NCBI GenBank assembly: GCA_964371245.1 | Contig: CAYJKP010000003.1 | Location: forward strand, 8,986 to 72,985 | Length of the DNA: 64,000 nucleotides | Origin: an uncultured Gammaproteobacteria bacterium | Lineage (GTDB): Bacteria > Patescibacteriota > Patescibacteriia > JAHIZJ01 | Direction: 5' to 3' | In this document: positions 1 to 9,832 of the stretch, in pieces | Layout of the letters: each line of letters starts with the position of its first letter | Position numbering within the stretch: position 1 is the stretch's first letter | Notes under the pieces: model-generated | The model's input: only the letters and a program-made list of their open reading frames with translations | Database searches by the model: none | Told to the model about the DNA's origin: nothing | Program-made: the position numbers and the translations under genes

Positions 1-360
1 TTCGACGAACGCCAATGTATCGGTATCGGCTTCGCTGCCTTTGAACCGGGGTCAAAACGGTTCCGCGGCGCCTGGTTCTGGGGCGAAGAAGGACCGGCCG
101 ATCCGCTCGCCCTCGGTCGCGCCTTGGCTATTATCGAGACCTTGCCGCACATTCAGCCAAACACGCTCTGCGGCGCCTACCTGGCCGCCAAGGGAACGAA
201 CGGCGACGGACCGACTTGCGTTCACGGCGTGCTGAGCGAACTTGGCAGTCAAGCCAACGTAATACTCGGGCAACCGCCTGATTGCCTGGAAGGACTGCTA
301 ACCAAACTCCGCCGGCGACACTATCCGATCGATGCGACCGTCTTTGCTCAGTCCGCCTGA
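1..360 (+). CDS. hypothetical protein, 3' part (5' end outside window)
   Basis: Frame 1 is open from base 1 to TGA at 358-360 (extends the 124..360 ORF); no recognisable motif. Confidence 0.5.
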   Translation, partial: FDERQCIGIGFAAFEPGSKRFRGAWFWGEEGPADPLALGRALAIIETLPHIQPNTLCGAYLAAKGTNGDGPTCVHGVLSELGSQANVILGQPPDCLEGLLTKLRRRHYPIDATVFAQSA

Positions 361-387
361 GGGCTTCCCCGCCCTCGTTTTTTACCC

Positions 388-416
388 TTGAAAAATATTG
401 ACAGGTAGGCTATATT
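388..416 (+). promoter_or_regulatory. sigma70-type promoter of tRNA-Lys
   Basis: TTGAAA (388-393), 17 nt, TATATT (411-416), just upstream of the tRNA. Confidence 0.6.
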
Positions 417-439
417 AGTCGAAGTACGTGACAAAGTAC

Positions 440-515
440 GGGCGCATAGCTCAGCTGGTAGAGCAGTTGCCTCTTAAGCAAACGGTCGGGGGTTCGAATC
501 CCTCTGCGCCCACCA
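440..515 (+). tRNA. tRNA-Lys(CTT)
   Basis: GGGCGCA acceptor stem, D arm AGCTCAGCTGGTAGAGC, anticodon loop CT-CTT-AA, T arm GGTTCGAATCC, encoded CCA; 76 nt. Confidence 0.97.
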
Positions 516-569
516 TAGAAACCACGGACTGTGCTAAAAATAATAGTCATCGACTTCAAAAGCTAAAGC

Positions 570-709
570 AGGGATTTGAAGGGCAGCAGTGAGCTAGCCC
601 AAAGGGCGCAGCGAGACGCCGGTGGAGTTGCCGGCGGCAAGTCCGCCGCTGCCCCAGACCCAAGTCCCCCGGGTCAAGCCCAGGGCAGGCCTCTGGGCAC
701 ACCATAAAA
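570..709. repeat. structured GC-rich element downstream of tRNA-Lys carrying inverted and direct copies of tRNA 3' sequences
   Basis: 570-580 AGGGATTTGAA is the inverse complement of tRNA TTCGAATCCCT (10/11); 690-709 matches 501-520 at 17/20; stems GGGATTTG/CAAGTCCC and GGGCAGC/GCTGCCC. Confidence 0.55.
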
Positions 710-799
710 CAATGGGGTCTATTGAGAAAATAAAAACGCTGAAAAGTCTACTTCCTCCACAGTAACCCACCACATTCCCGGTGGTGTTTTGTTGCCCGC

Positions 800-859
800 T
801 TGACACATTTTAGTCGCCTGCTATACTGTGCCTATTCCGACGTATCCTACTTGTAGGAT
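800..859 (+). promoter_or_regulatory. promoter and palindromic operator upstream of the AbrB-ABC operon
   Basis: TTGACA (800-805), 16 nt, extended -10 TGcTATACT (hexamer 822-827); perfect inverted repeat ATCCTAC-TT-GTAGGAT at 844-859. Confidence 0.65.
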
Positions 860-897
860 TAAGGAAGATATTAAAATAATCGTAATAAAAGGGCTAT

Positions 898-1152
898 ATG
901 ATGTCTCAATCACGTCAACACCACTGCCATTTTTACGGCACTACTATCCTGGGCGAAAAGGGCCAGGTCGTTATCCCGGCTGACGCGCGCCAAAGCTTGG
1001 AATTAGCGAAAGGTGAGCGTCTGATGGTTTTTAGCATGGGTCATAACACGGTGGTACTTATGAAAATGGCCAACGTGGAACGTTTCGCCGCCCACTTGTC
1101 CAGCCAGCTAGCCGGTCTCCAGAATATCCTGAAGAAAACCGGCCGCAAGTAA
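898..1152 (+). CDS. AbrB/MazE/SpoVT-family DNA-binding regulator
   Basis: Swapped-hairpin motif LGEKGQVVIPADARQSLELAKGERL. Confidence 0.88.
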   Translation: MMSQSRQHHCHFYGTTILGEKGQVVIPADARQSLELAKGERLMVFSMGHNTVVLMKMANVERFAAHLSSQLAGLQNILKKTGRK

Positions 1153-1226
1153 CTGGCGGGTGATATAGATAATAAGCCTGCTCCAAGACTGCCGGCTTGT
1201 CTCATTCTTATTGATTAACGTTTAAA

Positions 1227-3002
1227 ATGAAAAAACTCTTCTCATATTTTAAGCCGTTTATTTGGCAACTACTCGTCCTTATCGCGATGGTTTTTCTGAT
1301 GGTCGCCGCCAATCTGACGTTGCCGGACTACATGGCCAAAATCATCAACGACGGTATTGTCGTCCAGAATTCGCATCTCGTCTGGACCACCGGTGCGCTG
1401 ATGTTGGCTATGGCGCTGGGCGGTGGTTTGGCCAACATCGTCGTCGGCTATTTTGCCGCCCGCATCGCCACCGGCTTCGCCAAAACGATCCGCGAACGGG
1501 TGTTTACGAAAGTCGAGAGTTTTTCCCTGACCGAGTTTAATACCTTTTCCACGGCCTCGCTCATCACCCGCTCGACGAACGATATCCAGCAGATTCAGAC
1601 GGTTCTTGTCATGATCCTTCGTCTCGCGCTCATGGCGCCGATCATGGGTATTTGGGCGATCGCGAAGGCCTACCAAAACGCTCCGTCCATGACCTGGATC
1701 ATGGGACTGGCCGTCGGCGTGCTCCTGACGATTATTGTCGTCCTTTTTTCCATCGCCCTGCCGCGATTTAGACGCCTGCAAAAATTGGTTGACCGACTGA
1801 ACCTCGTGACGCGCGAGATTTTGACGGGACTGCGCGTGATTCGAGCGTTCAATCGCGAGGCCTATGAAGAAAAAAAGTTTGACGCGGCCAATGTCGATCT
1901 AACGAACGTAAATCTATTTGTCAATCGCCTGATGGTAATCATGCAGCCGATCATGATGCTAATTTTAAACGTGACCGCGATTGGTATCGTTTGGGTTGGG
2001 GCGCACCTCATTGAATCGGGCAGCCTGCAGATCGGCGGCATGATGGCCTTTATGATCTACGCCAGCCAGGTTATTTTTGCCTTCTTGATGATTTCGATTA
2101 TTTTTATCATGGTGCCGCGCGCCTCCGTCTCAGCCCAGCGCGTGGCTGAAGTGCTTGAAACCGAAGCGACAATTACTGACCCTGATCAACCCGTAACGCC
2201 AGCGAAAGTCACGGGTCAGGTTGAATTCGACCACGTTACGTTTACGTATCCCGGAGCTGACACAGCGGTTCTCGAAAATATCACCTTTACCGCCCAGCCT
2301 GGACAGACAACGGCTTTTGTCGGCAGCACCGGCAGCGGTAAGTCAACCCTGATTAATCTGATACCGCGTTTTTACGACGTGTCCGACGGCGTTATCCGAG
2401 TTGACGGGGTCGACATCCGACAGATGCGCCAGGAGGATCTCTACGCCAAGATCGGCTATGTGCCGCAGAAAGGCGTCCTTTTTTCCGGCAGCGTGATTTC
2501 GAATTTGAAATACGGAGCGCCCCACGCAACCAATGAAGACGTCAAACGCGCGGTTGATATCGCCCAGGCCAACGAGTTCGTCACTCACCTCCCTGGTGCG
2601 TACGAGGCGCCGATCGCTCAAGGCGGAACAAATATATCCGGCGGTCAAAAACAACGCCTGTCCATCGCCCGGGCATTAATCCGTCGGCCCGAAATCATTA
2701 TTTTTGACGATAGCTTTTCAGCGCTTGACTTTGCCACTGACGCACGTCTGCGCCACGCCCTGAAAGCAGAAACCCGGGGTCAAACCGTTCTGATTGTCGC
2801 CCAACGAATCAGCACAATCATGGATGCCGATAAAATCATCGTTCTTGACGAAGGCCGGATCGTCGGCCAAGGTAGGCATGCCGAGCTGATGAAATCATGT
2901 CCTGTCTATCGGGAAATCGCGCTTTCTCAACTCTCGGAGGAAGAGCTTCGTGGACGCTTCCAGAACTCTAAAAACGGTAACCTCGCACCGGAGGCTCTAT
3001 GA
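1227..3002 (+). CDS. ABC exporter, fused permease/ATPase (heterodimer subunit, degenerate Walker B)
   Basis: N-terminal TM domain; GSTGSGKS, ISGGQKQR, IIIFDD, Q at the H-switch (IVAQR). Confidence 0.93.
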   Translation: MKKLFSYFKPFIWQLLVLIAMVFLMVAANLTLPDYMAKIINDGIVVQNSHLVWTTGALMLAMALGGGLANIVVGYFAARIATGFAKTIRERVFTKVESFSLTEFNTFSTASLITRSTNDIQQIQTVLVMILRLALMAPIMGIWAIAKAYQNAPSMTWIMGLAVGVLLTIIVVLFSIALPRFRRLQKLVDRLNLVTREILTGLRVIRAFNREAYEEKKFDAANVDLTNVNLFVNRLMVIMQPIMMLILNVTAIGIVWVGAHLIESGSLQIGGMMAFMIYASQVIFAFLMISIIFIMVPRASVSAQRVAEVLETEATITDPDQPVTPAKVTGQVEFDHVTFTYPGADTAVLENITFTAQPGQTTAFVGSTGSGKSTLINLIPRFYDVSDGVIRVDGVDIRQMRQEDLYAKIGYVPQKGVLFSGSVISNLKYGAPHATNEDVKRAVDIAQANEFVTHLPGAYEAPIAQGGTNISGGQKQRLSIARALIRRPEIIIFDDSFSALDFATDARLRHALKAETRGQTVLIVAQRISTIMDADKIIVLDEGRIVGQGRHAELMKSCPVYREIALSQLSEEELRGRFQNSKNGNLAPEAL

Positions 3003-5038
3003 GTGAACAACCACGGAAAACCTCAACTTCCGGTGATCTTCCGCCAGCGCCACCCAGCCGGTTTGGGCCGATGGGTCGCGGTGGCCCCATGGGCATGATG
3101 GCAGCAGGACCGAAGGCCAAGAATTTCAAACGGACCATGCGCCAGTTGATTTCATACTTGCGTCCGTTTTGGATTCAAATCGTCGTGGTCCTTGTCTTTG
3201 CCATCGCCAGTACCATCTTCGCGATTGTCAGCCCAAAGATTCTCGGCCAAATGACAAACCAGGTAGTGACCGACTTCATTCAGCGCACTGCCTATACCCA
3301 ATTAACTGATAAGTTGCCGCCAGGCACGACGCTGCCGCCAGGCACGACCGGCGAACAACTTATTCAGCGTTTACCATCATCCGTGGTCGATAAAATACCC
3401 TCCAACGCGCTCAACACCATCAAGTCGCTCGACTTGTCCACAAAGCCGGTCTTTCACTACGACAAACTCATTACGATCGCCGAGGAGTTGCTTCTTCTAT
3501 ATGGCTTAAGCGCGCTGTTTAGCTATATCCAGGGTTGGGTTATGACAAACGTATCACAGAAGATTAGTTACCGGTTTCGGCACGATATTTCTACAAAAAT
3601 CGGCCGGATGCCCCTGAAATATTTCGATACGCAGACCCACGGCGAGGTCTTAAGTCGCGTCACCAACGACGTCGATACGGTCAGTCAGACGCTGAATCAG
3701 AGCCTCACCCAAGTGGTCACGTCCGCCACCATGATTATCGGCGTTCTGGCCATGATGTTGTCGATCAGTTGGCAGCTGACGCTGGTTTCTGTCATTGCTC
3801 TGCCGATCAGTTTTGGCGTGATCGCGCTGATCACAAAACGCTCCCAGCGGTATTTTAAAGAGCAGCAAGACACGCTCGGTCATATCAACGGCCATATCGA
3901 AGAAATGTATAGCGGCCATAGCGTCATGAAGGTCTTCAACGGCCAACAACGCTCTATCGCAAAATTCACCGGCATCAATAACGATCTCTACCGAAGCGCC
4001 TGGAAGTCTCAGTTCCTTTCCGGGCTGATGTTTCCGCTGATGAATTTTATCGGCAATTTAAATTTCGTCGCCGTCTCTGTGCTCGGCGGCTGGCTGGCGA
4101 TCAATGGCCGAGTAAACATCGGGGACATACAGGCGTTTATCCAATATCTCAATCTCTTTACTCAGCCGATTGCTCAAACAGCCAATATCGCAAATGTTTT
4201 TCAGTCGACCGCGGCCTCGGCTGAGCGGGTATTCGAGTTTTTGGCCGAGGCTGAAGAAACAACCGATCCAGCCGGCGCTCGTGACATTGCGCAGGTGAAT
4301 GGTGCCGTCGAATTTGATCACGTCGTCTTCGGCTATGATGCGGGCAAGACCGTTATTAAGAATTTCACCGCGAAGATCCATCCCGGCCAGCGCGTGGCCA
4401 TCGTCGGACCGACCGGCGCCGGAAAAACCACCCTCGTTAATCTGCTCATGCGATTCTATGATGTCAACGGCGGCGCGATAAAAATCGACGGCATCGATAC
4501 CCGAACATTGAAGCGTTCGAGTGTCCGTCGGCTTTTCGGCATGGTCCTTCAGGACACTTGGCTTTTTAATGGCACGATCCGCGAGAACCTCGCCTATGGT
4601 AAGCCGGACGCGTCTGAAGCGGAGATCGTTGAGGCGGCCAAGGCGGCGCATGTCGACCATTTTGTCCATTCGCTCCCGCATGGGTATGACATGATGCTCG
4701 GCGAGGAAGCAGATAATATTTCCCAGGGCGAGAAACAGCTCCTGACCATTGCTCGGGCAATGCTCATCAAGACGCCAATGCTTATTCTTGACGAAGCCAC
4801 GAGCTCGGTTGATACCCGCACTGAGGTGTTGATACAGCAAGCCATGGAGCGACTCATGCGCGGCAAGACAAGTTTCGTGATTGCCCACCGACTCTCAACC
4901 ATCCGTCATGCTGACCTCATCCTGGTCATACGCGACGGCAACATTGTCGAGCAGGGTACGCATGAGGACCTGCTCGCTCGGGATGGCTATTATGCCTCCT
5001 TGTATAACAGCCAATTTGCTACGTCAGCGATGGCATAA
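2999..5038 (+). CDS. ABC exporter, fused permease/ATPase (heterodimer partner)
   Basis: GPTGAGKT, ISQGEKQ, LILDEATS, IAHRLS; 4-bp ATGA overlap with the upstream gene. Confidence 0.93.
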   Translation: MSEQPRKTSTSGDLPPAPPSRFGPMGRGGPMGMMAAGPKAKNFKRTMRQLISYLRPFWIQIVVVLVFAIASTIFAIVSPKILGQMTNQVVTDFIQRTAYTQLTDKLPPGTTLPPGTTGEQLIQRLPSSVVDKIPSNALNTIKSLDLSTKPVFHYDKLITIAEELLLLYGLSALFSYIQGWVMTNVSQKISYRFRHDISTKIGRMPLKYFDTQTHGEVLSRVTNDVDTVSQTLNQSLTQVVTSATMIIGVLAMMLSISWQLTLVSVIALPISFGVIALITKRSQRYFKEQQDTLGHINGHIEEMYSGHSVMKVFNGQQRSIAKFTGINNDLYRSAWKSQFLSGLMFPLMNFIGNLNFVAVSVLGGWLAINGRVNIGDIQAFIQYLNLFTQPIAQTANIANVFQSTAASAERVFEFLAEAEETTDPAGARDIAQVNGAVEFDHVVFGYDAGKTVIKNFTAKIHPGQRVAIVGPTGAGKTTLVNLLMRFYDVNGGAIKIDGIDTRTLKRSSVRRLFGMVLQDTWLFNGTIRENLAYGKPDASEAEIVEAAKAAHVDHFVHSLPHGYDMMLGEEADNISQGEKQLLTIARAMLIKTPMLILDEATSSVDTRTEVLIQQAMERLMRGKTSFVIAHRLSTIRHADLILVIRDGNIVEQGTHEDLLARDGYYASLYNSQFATSAMA

Positions 5039-5183
5039 GCACGGTTTTAGAGTATAGTTATCAACAGGTGAGAATAATATTAATGGCTATTTTTAGCGCT
5101 TTTCTTTACTTTTGTGAGGAATATTTTCCCCTTCGTAGTATAATATTCAGTAATAATTCAGTATTGTGCAATATTCTTTAAAC

Positions 5184-5858
5184 ATGAGAATTCTTATTAT
5201 CGAAGATGAACATAAAATCGCTCAGGCACTGAAGCGCGGTCTCGAACAAGAATCGTTCGCGGCCGACGCGGTCTTTGACGGTGAACAGGGCATGGCGCGT
5301 GCATTGCGTGGACAATTTGACCTGCTTATCCTCGATCGCATGCTGCCCGGTGTCCGGGATGGCCTGGATATTTGCCAAGCTATGCGGGCCAAGGGCTTAC
5401 ACCAGCCAATTCTCGTTCTAACCGCCCGCGACAAAACAAATGATCGCGTCGAGGGGCTCGATGGCGGCGCTGATGACTATCTCGTTAAACCGTTTTCATT
5501 TGAGGAGTTGCTGGCTCGAATCCGGGCGCTCCTTCGCCGACCGGACAAGACCGTCGGTACTGTGCTGCGTCATGGCGAACTCGAGCTCGATGCCCGTGCC
5601 TTCGAAGTAAAACGCGCCGGCACGCGCATCCCTCTTTCAAAAAAAGAGTTTGCTTTACTTGACTATTTGATGCGGAATGCTGGCCGGATAATCTCGAAAG
5701 ATCAAATCATCCAGCATGTCTGGGATTTTGATTCAGATATTTTACCAAATACGGTCGAGGCGTTTATTGCCTCGCTCAGAAAGAAGATTGACCAGCCATT
5801 TCCGGGCAAACCAATAATCACCACTGTTCGCGGATTCGGCTATCAATTAATTGCCTAA
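5184..5858 (+). CDS. OmpR/PhoB-family response regulator
   Basis: MRILIIEDE receiver, LDRMLP, GADDYLVKPF, winged-helix TVRGFGY; ATG 5184 preferred to GTG 5166. Confidence 0.95.
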   Translation: MRILIIEDEHKIAQALKRGLEQESFAADAVFDGEQGMARALRGQFDLLILDRMLPGVRDGLDICQAMRAKGLHQPILVLTARDKTNDRVEGLDGGADDYLVKPFSFEELLARIRALLRRPDKTVGTVLRHGELELDARAFEVKRAGTRIPLSKKEFALLDYLMRNAGRIISKDQIIQHVWDFDSDILPNTVEAFIASLRKKIDQPFPGKPIITTVRGFGYQLIA

Positions 5859-5864
5859 TTTTTT

Positions 5865-6890
5865 ATGAAATTAAACGCCCCGACGCTTCGGTTGGCCGGC
5901 TGGTACACGCTCATCATGATGTGCCTCAGTATTTCCTTCAGCGTCGCCATCTATCAAATATCGCCTGGCCAGATTGGTTCTGGTCTCCGCCACCAAGCCG
6001 AAATTTTTCGATATCGCGACGATGATGCTCCGCCGCTAATGATGTTCAATCCGATCGAGGAAGAATTCCTTCAGGCCCAAATCATCGAGGTAAGAAACCA
6101 GCTTCGCACAACCTTGATCATTTTAAACGGCGCGATTCTTCTGGTGGCCGGCGCAGTCAGCTATTTCCTGGCTCGGCGCGTGTTGAAACCGATCGAGGAC
6201 AACCTCGAAACACAGCGTCAATTCACGGCCGACGCCTCGCATGAGCTTCGGACACCGCTCACGGCTATGCGGACCGAAATCGAGGTGGCATTGCGCGACA
6301 CCGCTGCCGATGATCATGATTTTCGGGACATCTTGCGGAGCAATCTTGAGGAGGTCCAGCGACTTGAGGGTTTGACGACTGGACTATTGCGCCTCGCTCG
6401 ACATGATAATAGCGGGTACACCCGGCCAACCGCGACCGTATCTATTGCTTCTGCCAGCGACGAGGCGATCCAACGCGTGTCCAGTTTAGCCAAGAAGAAG
6501 AATATTACACTCAAACGAAAGGCGCTCGACGGCACCGTTCTCGGTGATAGCCACAGCCTGGTAGAACTTCTCGTTATTTTACTTGATAATGCAATCAAGT
6601 ACAGTCCCGACAAGACGAACGTGGAAATCAGTTCGCAAACCAAGGCTGGCCGGACCACGATCACGATTGCTGACCGCGGCCTCGGCATCCGCGCGACTGA
6701 TTTGCCTCATATTTTCGACCGTTTTTATCGCGCTGACGTCTCACGTTCAAAACACCGCGTCGACGGCTTTGGCCTCGGCCTCCCGATCGCGAAACAAATC
6801 GTCGAGCAGCATTATGGCACGATCGAGGTGAAGAGCGAACTCGACAAAGGCACAGTCGTGACTGTCCGTCTGCCGGCTGGCCGGACCTGA
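5865..6890 (+). CDS. sensor histidine kinase
   Basis: Two TM segments; H-box DASHELRTPL, N-box LLDNAIKYS, G boxes DRGLG and GFGLGL. Confidence 0.95.
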   Translation: MKLNAPTLRLAGWYTLIMMCLSISFSVAIYQISPGQIGSGLRHQAEIFRYRDDDAPPLMMFNPIEEEFLQAQIIEVRNQLRTTLIILNGAILLVAGAVSYFLARRVLKPIEDNLETQRQFTADASHELRTPLTAMRTEIEVALRDTAADDHDFRDILRSNLEEVQRLEGLTTGLLRLARHDNSGYTRPTATVSIASASDEAIQRVSSLAKKKNITLKRKALDGTVLGDSHSLVELLVILLDNAIKYSPDKTNVEISSQTKAGRTTITIADRGLGIRATDLPHIFDRFYRADVSRSKHRVDGFGLGLPIAKQIVEQHYGTIEVKSELDKGTVVTVRLPAGRT

Positions 6891-7030
6891 TCCGGGCGCG
6901 ACTGTATTTCTGCTCCACCGGCGGACGCTCGTCAATAAGATTCCGTTTCTTTTTGTGCACCGCCTGGCTCAAGGTAAGCCGATAGACCTTCCGATAAATC
7001 GTATTTGAATCATTTTCTATTCATTGCAAT

Positions 7031-7357
7031 ATGAACACCTCACCCACGACAACGCCACATGCTCACTTAAGTCTTGTTATTAACGATTACGGCGACCAGC
7101 TTGGTTTTTCCACGACCGCGAGTTTACCGGATATTATCGTCAACATCATCCGTTATGCCCTCAGTTTTCTCGCGCTTGCCGCCGTGATCATGATAATATT
7201 CGGCGGCTTTCTCTGGTTAGTCTCGGGGGGCGATGAGGAGCGCATCAATTCAGCCAAGCGAACCATTTCTGGCGCGATTGTTGGTCTGATTATTGTTTTG
7301 CTCGCTTGGGCATTCGTCAGTTTCATCGTCGGCGGCGTAACCGGTCAAACTGGCTAG
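7031..7357 (+). CDS. CPR-type pilin-like (TrbC/VirB2-like) small membrane protein
   Basis: Pattern MIIFGGFLWLVSGGDEERINSAKRTISGAIVGLIIVL: two TM helices around a GG-D-E-AK loop. Confidence 0.75.
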   Translation: MNTSPTTTPHAHLSLVINDYGDQLGFSTTASLPDIIVNIIRYALSFLALAAVIMIIFGGFLWLVSGGDEERINSAKRTISGAIVGLIIVLLAWAFVSFIVGGVTGQTG

Positions 7358-7414
7358 CTTCCTTTATTTCTCGTGCGGAACGTAGCGGCGCGCTAATCAT
7401 TAAATGATTTTACT

Positions 7415-8029
7415 ATGCCCTACAACATTCGGCCGAATAAAAAACTGCTCAAGCACACGCTGACAGCCCTGGCCACGCGTGGCATTCAGACTCAATTAAC
7501 CGATACCAGGGATCAGGCGCTTGAAGAATTACGAAAACTTCTTCCCAAAGGTGCCGAACTCATGACGGGCAGCTCGACCACCCTCGAGCAAATTGGGTTT
7601 ACTGATTTATTGAAAAGTGACCAACATCCCTGGAAAAATTTGAAAGCCGCGCTCCTGGCGGAAAAGAATCCGGTCAAACAATCGCTCTTGCGGAAACAAG
7701 CGACGCTGGCCGACTATTATATTGGCAGCGTTCAGGCCATAACGGAAACCGGACAGGTGCTTATTGCCTCGAATACCGGCAGCCAAATACCGGCCTACGC
7801 TTTTTCCAGCCCGCACGTGATCTGGGTGGTCGGAACGCAAAAAATTGTTGCCACACTTGAAGATGGATTACGGCGGATTCGCGACTATTGTTTGCCGCAT
7901 GAGGATCAGCGGATGAAAAAAAACGGCCTCCCGGGAAGTGCGCTTGGTAAAATCTTAATATTTGAGCGAGAAACATCCGCGCGTCGATCACTTCGTATGA
8001 TCTTGGTGAACAAAGTCCTGGGATTCTAA
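7415..8029 (+). CDS. LUD/LutC-like domain protein
   Basis: GSSTTLEQIG, ASNTGSQ, VVGTQKIV motifs. Confidence 0.8.
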   Translation: MPYNIRPNKKLLKHTLTALATRGIQTQLTDTRDQALEELRKLLPKGAELMTGSSTTLEQIGFTDLLKSDQHPWKNLKAALLAEKNPVKQSLLRKQATLADYYIGSVQAITETGQVLIASNTGSQIPAYAFSSPHVIWVVGTQKIVATLEDGLRRIRDYCLPHEDQRMKKNGLPGSALGKILIFERETSARRSLRMILVNKVLGF

Positions 8030-8056
8030 TTCACGTTTCGTTTCATTATTAGACAG

Positions 8057-8086
8057 AAAAACGTTCTTGCCAGACAGAGCGTTTTT
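8057..8086 (+). terminator. intrinsic terminator-like hairpin
   Basis: AAAAACGTTC...GAGCGTTTTT downstream of the LUD gene. Confidence 0.5.
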
Positions 8087-8202
8087 TATATCAATCGTGT
8101 GCTTCTTCAGCGTTGTTTCAGTTTTGCTGTATACACTTATCCACAGCCACCCTTCATTTATCACGTTGAAATATTCATTTCTGATTTATTACTACCACCC
8201 AC

Positions 8203-9828
8203 ATGTTTGTTCTTCGTTACTTGAAAGGCGAACTTTTGCACCGGCCAGGTAAGACAATCACCGTATCGCTGGGACTGGCCGTGGCCGGCGCTATCATCAT
8301 CGCAATCATTTCCGTCTCACAGAGTCTCTCGGCCGCCCAAAAGACTGTTTTAAATCCTCTTTCGAGTGTTGGCACCGACATCATGATCAGTCGGACCGTG
8401 ACGCAAGATGAGCTCAGTAAATTGGATGACGCCACGCGAGAAGAGGCCCTGGTTGATAACCGGGTGATGACGGATTTCGCGAAGCTCGGGGAGCCCGGCG
8501 AAGCGTTTACAAACGACACGCTCATGCCCGGCAGCATGCTAACCTTTGCCGCCGCTGACACGCAAAAGATCGATGCGTCTTTGGTAAAAGCCTATGCGGG
8601 CGGGCTTGTTTTAAACGTCGTCCATCAAGAAGGGACAATTCCAAAACTGGCGGCTGACATCGAAGTCGGCGGCCAGAGCATTGGCTTCCGGCAAGAATTT
8701 CAAATGAGCGACGCGGATCGCGAGGCCTTTATGGAGGCGCAGCAAAAAGCCATGGCCGATCTGAAAGCGAAAGGCATTGACCCAAACTCCGAAGAAGGCC
8801 GCCAGCTATTACGCGACTCAATGCCAAAGCCAACACAGAGCGTCAGCGGCGAGGTCGTTGTTCCGAAAGAAACCATTCATCAGGAAATCGGTTCATTTTC
8901 AACCGATGTGAAAACAGAAAATTTCACACTCGGCGGCGTTGACACGAACAAAACCGATATCGGCCTAATTCTGCCAAACCAAATAGTCGAAGGCCGCTAT
9001 CTCGAACAATCAAGTGAAGTCGTCGCCACGCGTGCATTTGCTCAGAAAAAGAATTTCGCCCTCAACGGGACGATTGACATCGGTGGTAAAAAATTCACTC
9101 TCGTCGGCATTGTCGATCCGAAGCTCTACACCTTGTCAGCCGATTTATACATGTCACTGGCTGATGCGCAGTCGCTGGCAGGCCGTGATGGCCGGATCAA
9201 CGTCCTGCTTGTGAAAGCAAATAATGCTGACCAGGTGACTGCGACTGGCGCCAGCGTGGCTGCGCTTTTTTCGGGCGCCAAGGTAACCGACGCGTCTGAA
9301 ACTGCCAATCAAGTCTCTGGCAGTTTAGTCAGCGCTTCGAACCTGACAAATAAATTTATCGGCATCACCAGTATTGTGGTTGTCGGCGCTGCCCTAGTGA
9401 TTGTCAGTCTCTTGACGGTGTTGTCGGTCAATAAACGAGTGCGTGAGCTTGGGACACTCAAGGCGATCGGCTGGAGCAATGGGAAAATTATCCGGCAGAT
9501 TGCTCTGGAAAATCTCGTGGTCGGGATTATCGGCGCCGGACTCGGGGTCGGTCTCGGTGTGCTTGGTTTGTGGCTTGTGAATCATTTCGATATCACCTTG
9601 TCGGCGACTTTTGAAACCACGCAAAACGGGATGAATATGATGCGGCGTTTTCTCGAAGGAACTAAACCTGAGGTGTCGGCCACGGTTCCGCTGCAAGTCA
9701 ATCTCTCGGCCATGGTCCTTGGTCTTGGTGCCGGGGTTGCACTTCTCGGCGCGGTCGTGGCCGGCTTTTTTGCTTCGCTTAAGGCTTCCCGGATGAAACC
9801 GCAAGAAGCGCTCCGTAACATTGAATAA
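8203..9828 (+). CDS. MacB/FtsX-family ABC permease
   Basis: N-terminal TM, large extracytoplasmic domain, RVRELGTLKAIGW, C-terminal ASRMKPQEALR. Confidence 0.9.
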   Translation: MFVLRYLKGELLHRPGKTITVSLGLAVAGAIIIAIISVSQSLSAAQKTVLNPLSSVGTDIMISRTVTQDELSKLDDATREEALVDNRVMTDFAKLGEPGEAFTNDTLMPGSMLTFAAADTQKIDASLVKAYAGGLVLNVVHQEGTIPKLAADIEVGGQSIGFRQEFQMSDADREAFMEAQQKAMADLKAKGIDPNSEEGRQLLRDSMPKPTQSVSGEVVVPKETIHQEIGSFSTDVKTENFTLGGVDTNKTDIGLILPNQIVEGRYLEQSSEVVATRAFAQKKNFALNGTIDIGGKKFTLVGIVDPKLYTLSADLYMSLADAQSLAGRDGRINVLLVKANNADQVTATGASVAALFSGAKVTDASETANQVSGSLVSASNLTNKFIGITSIVVVGAALVIVSLLTVLSVNKRVRELGTLKAIGWSNGKIIRQIALENLVVGIIGAGLGVGLGVLGLWLVNHFDITLSATFETTQNGMNMMRRFLEGTKPEVSATVPLQVNLSAMVLGLGAGVALLGAVVAGFFASLKASRMKPQEALRNIE

Positions 9829-9832
9829 CCAT

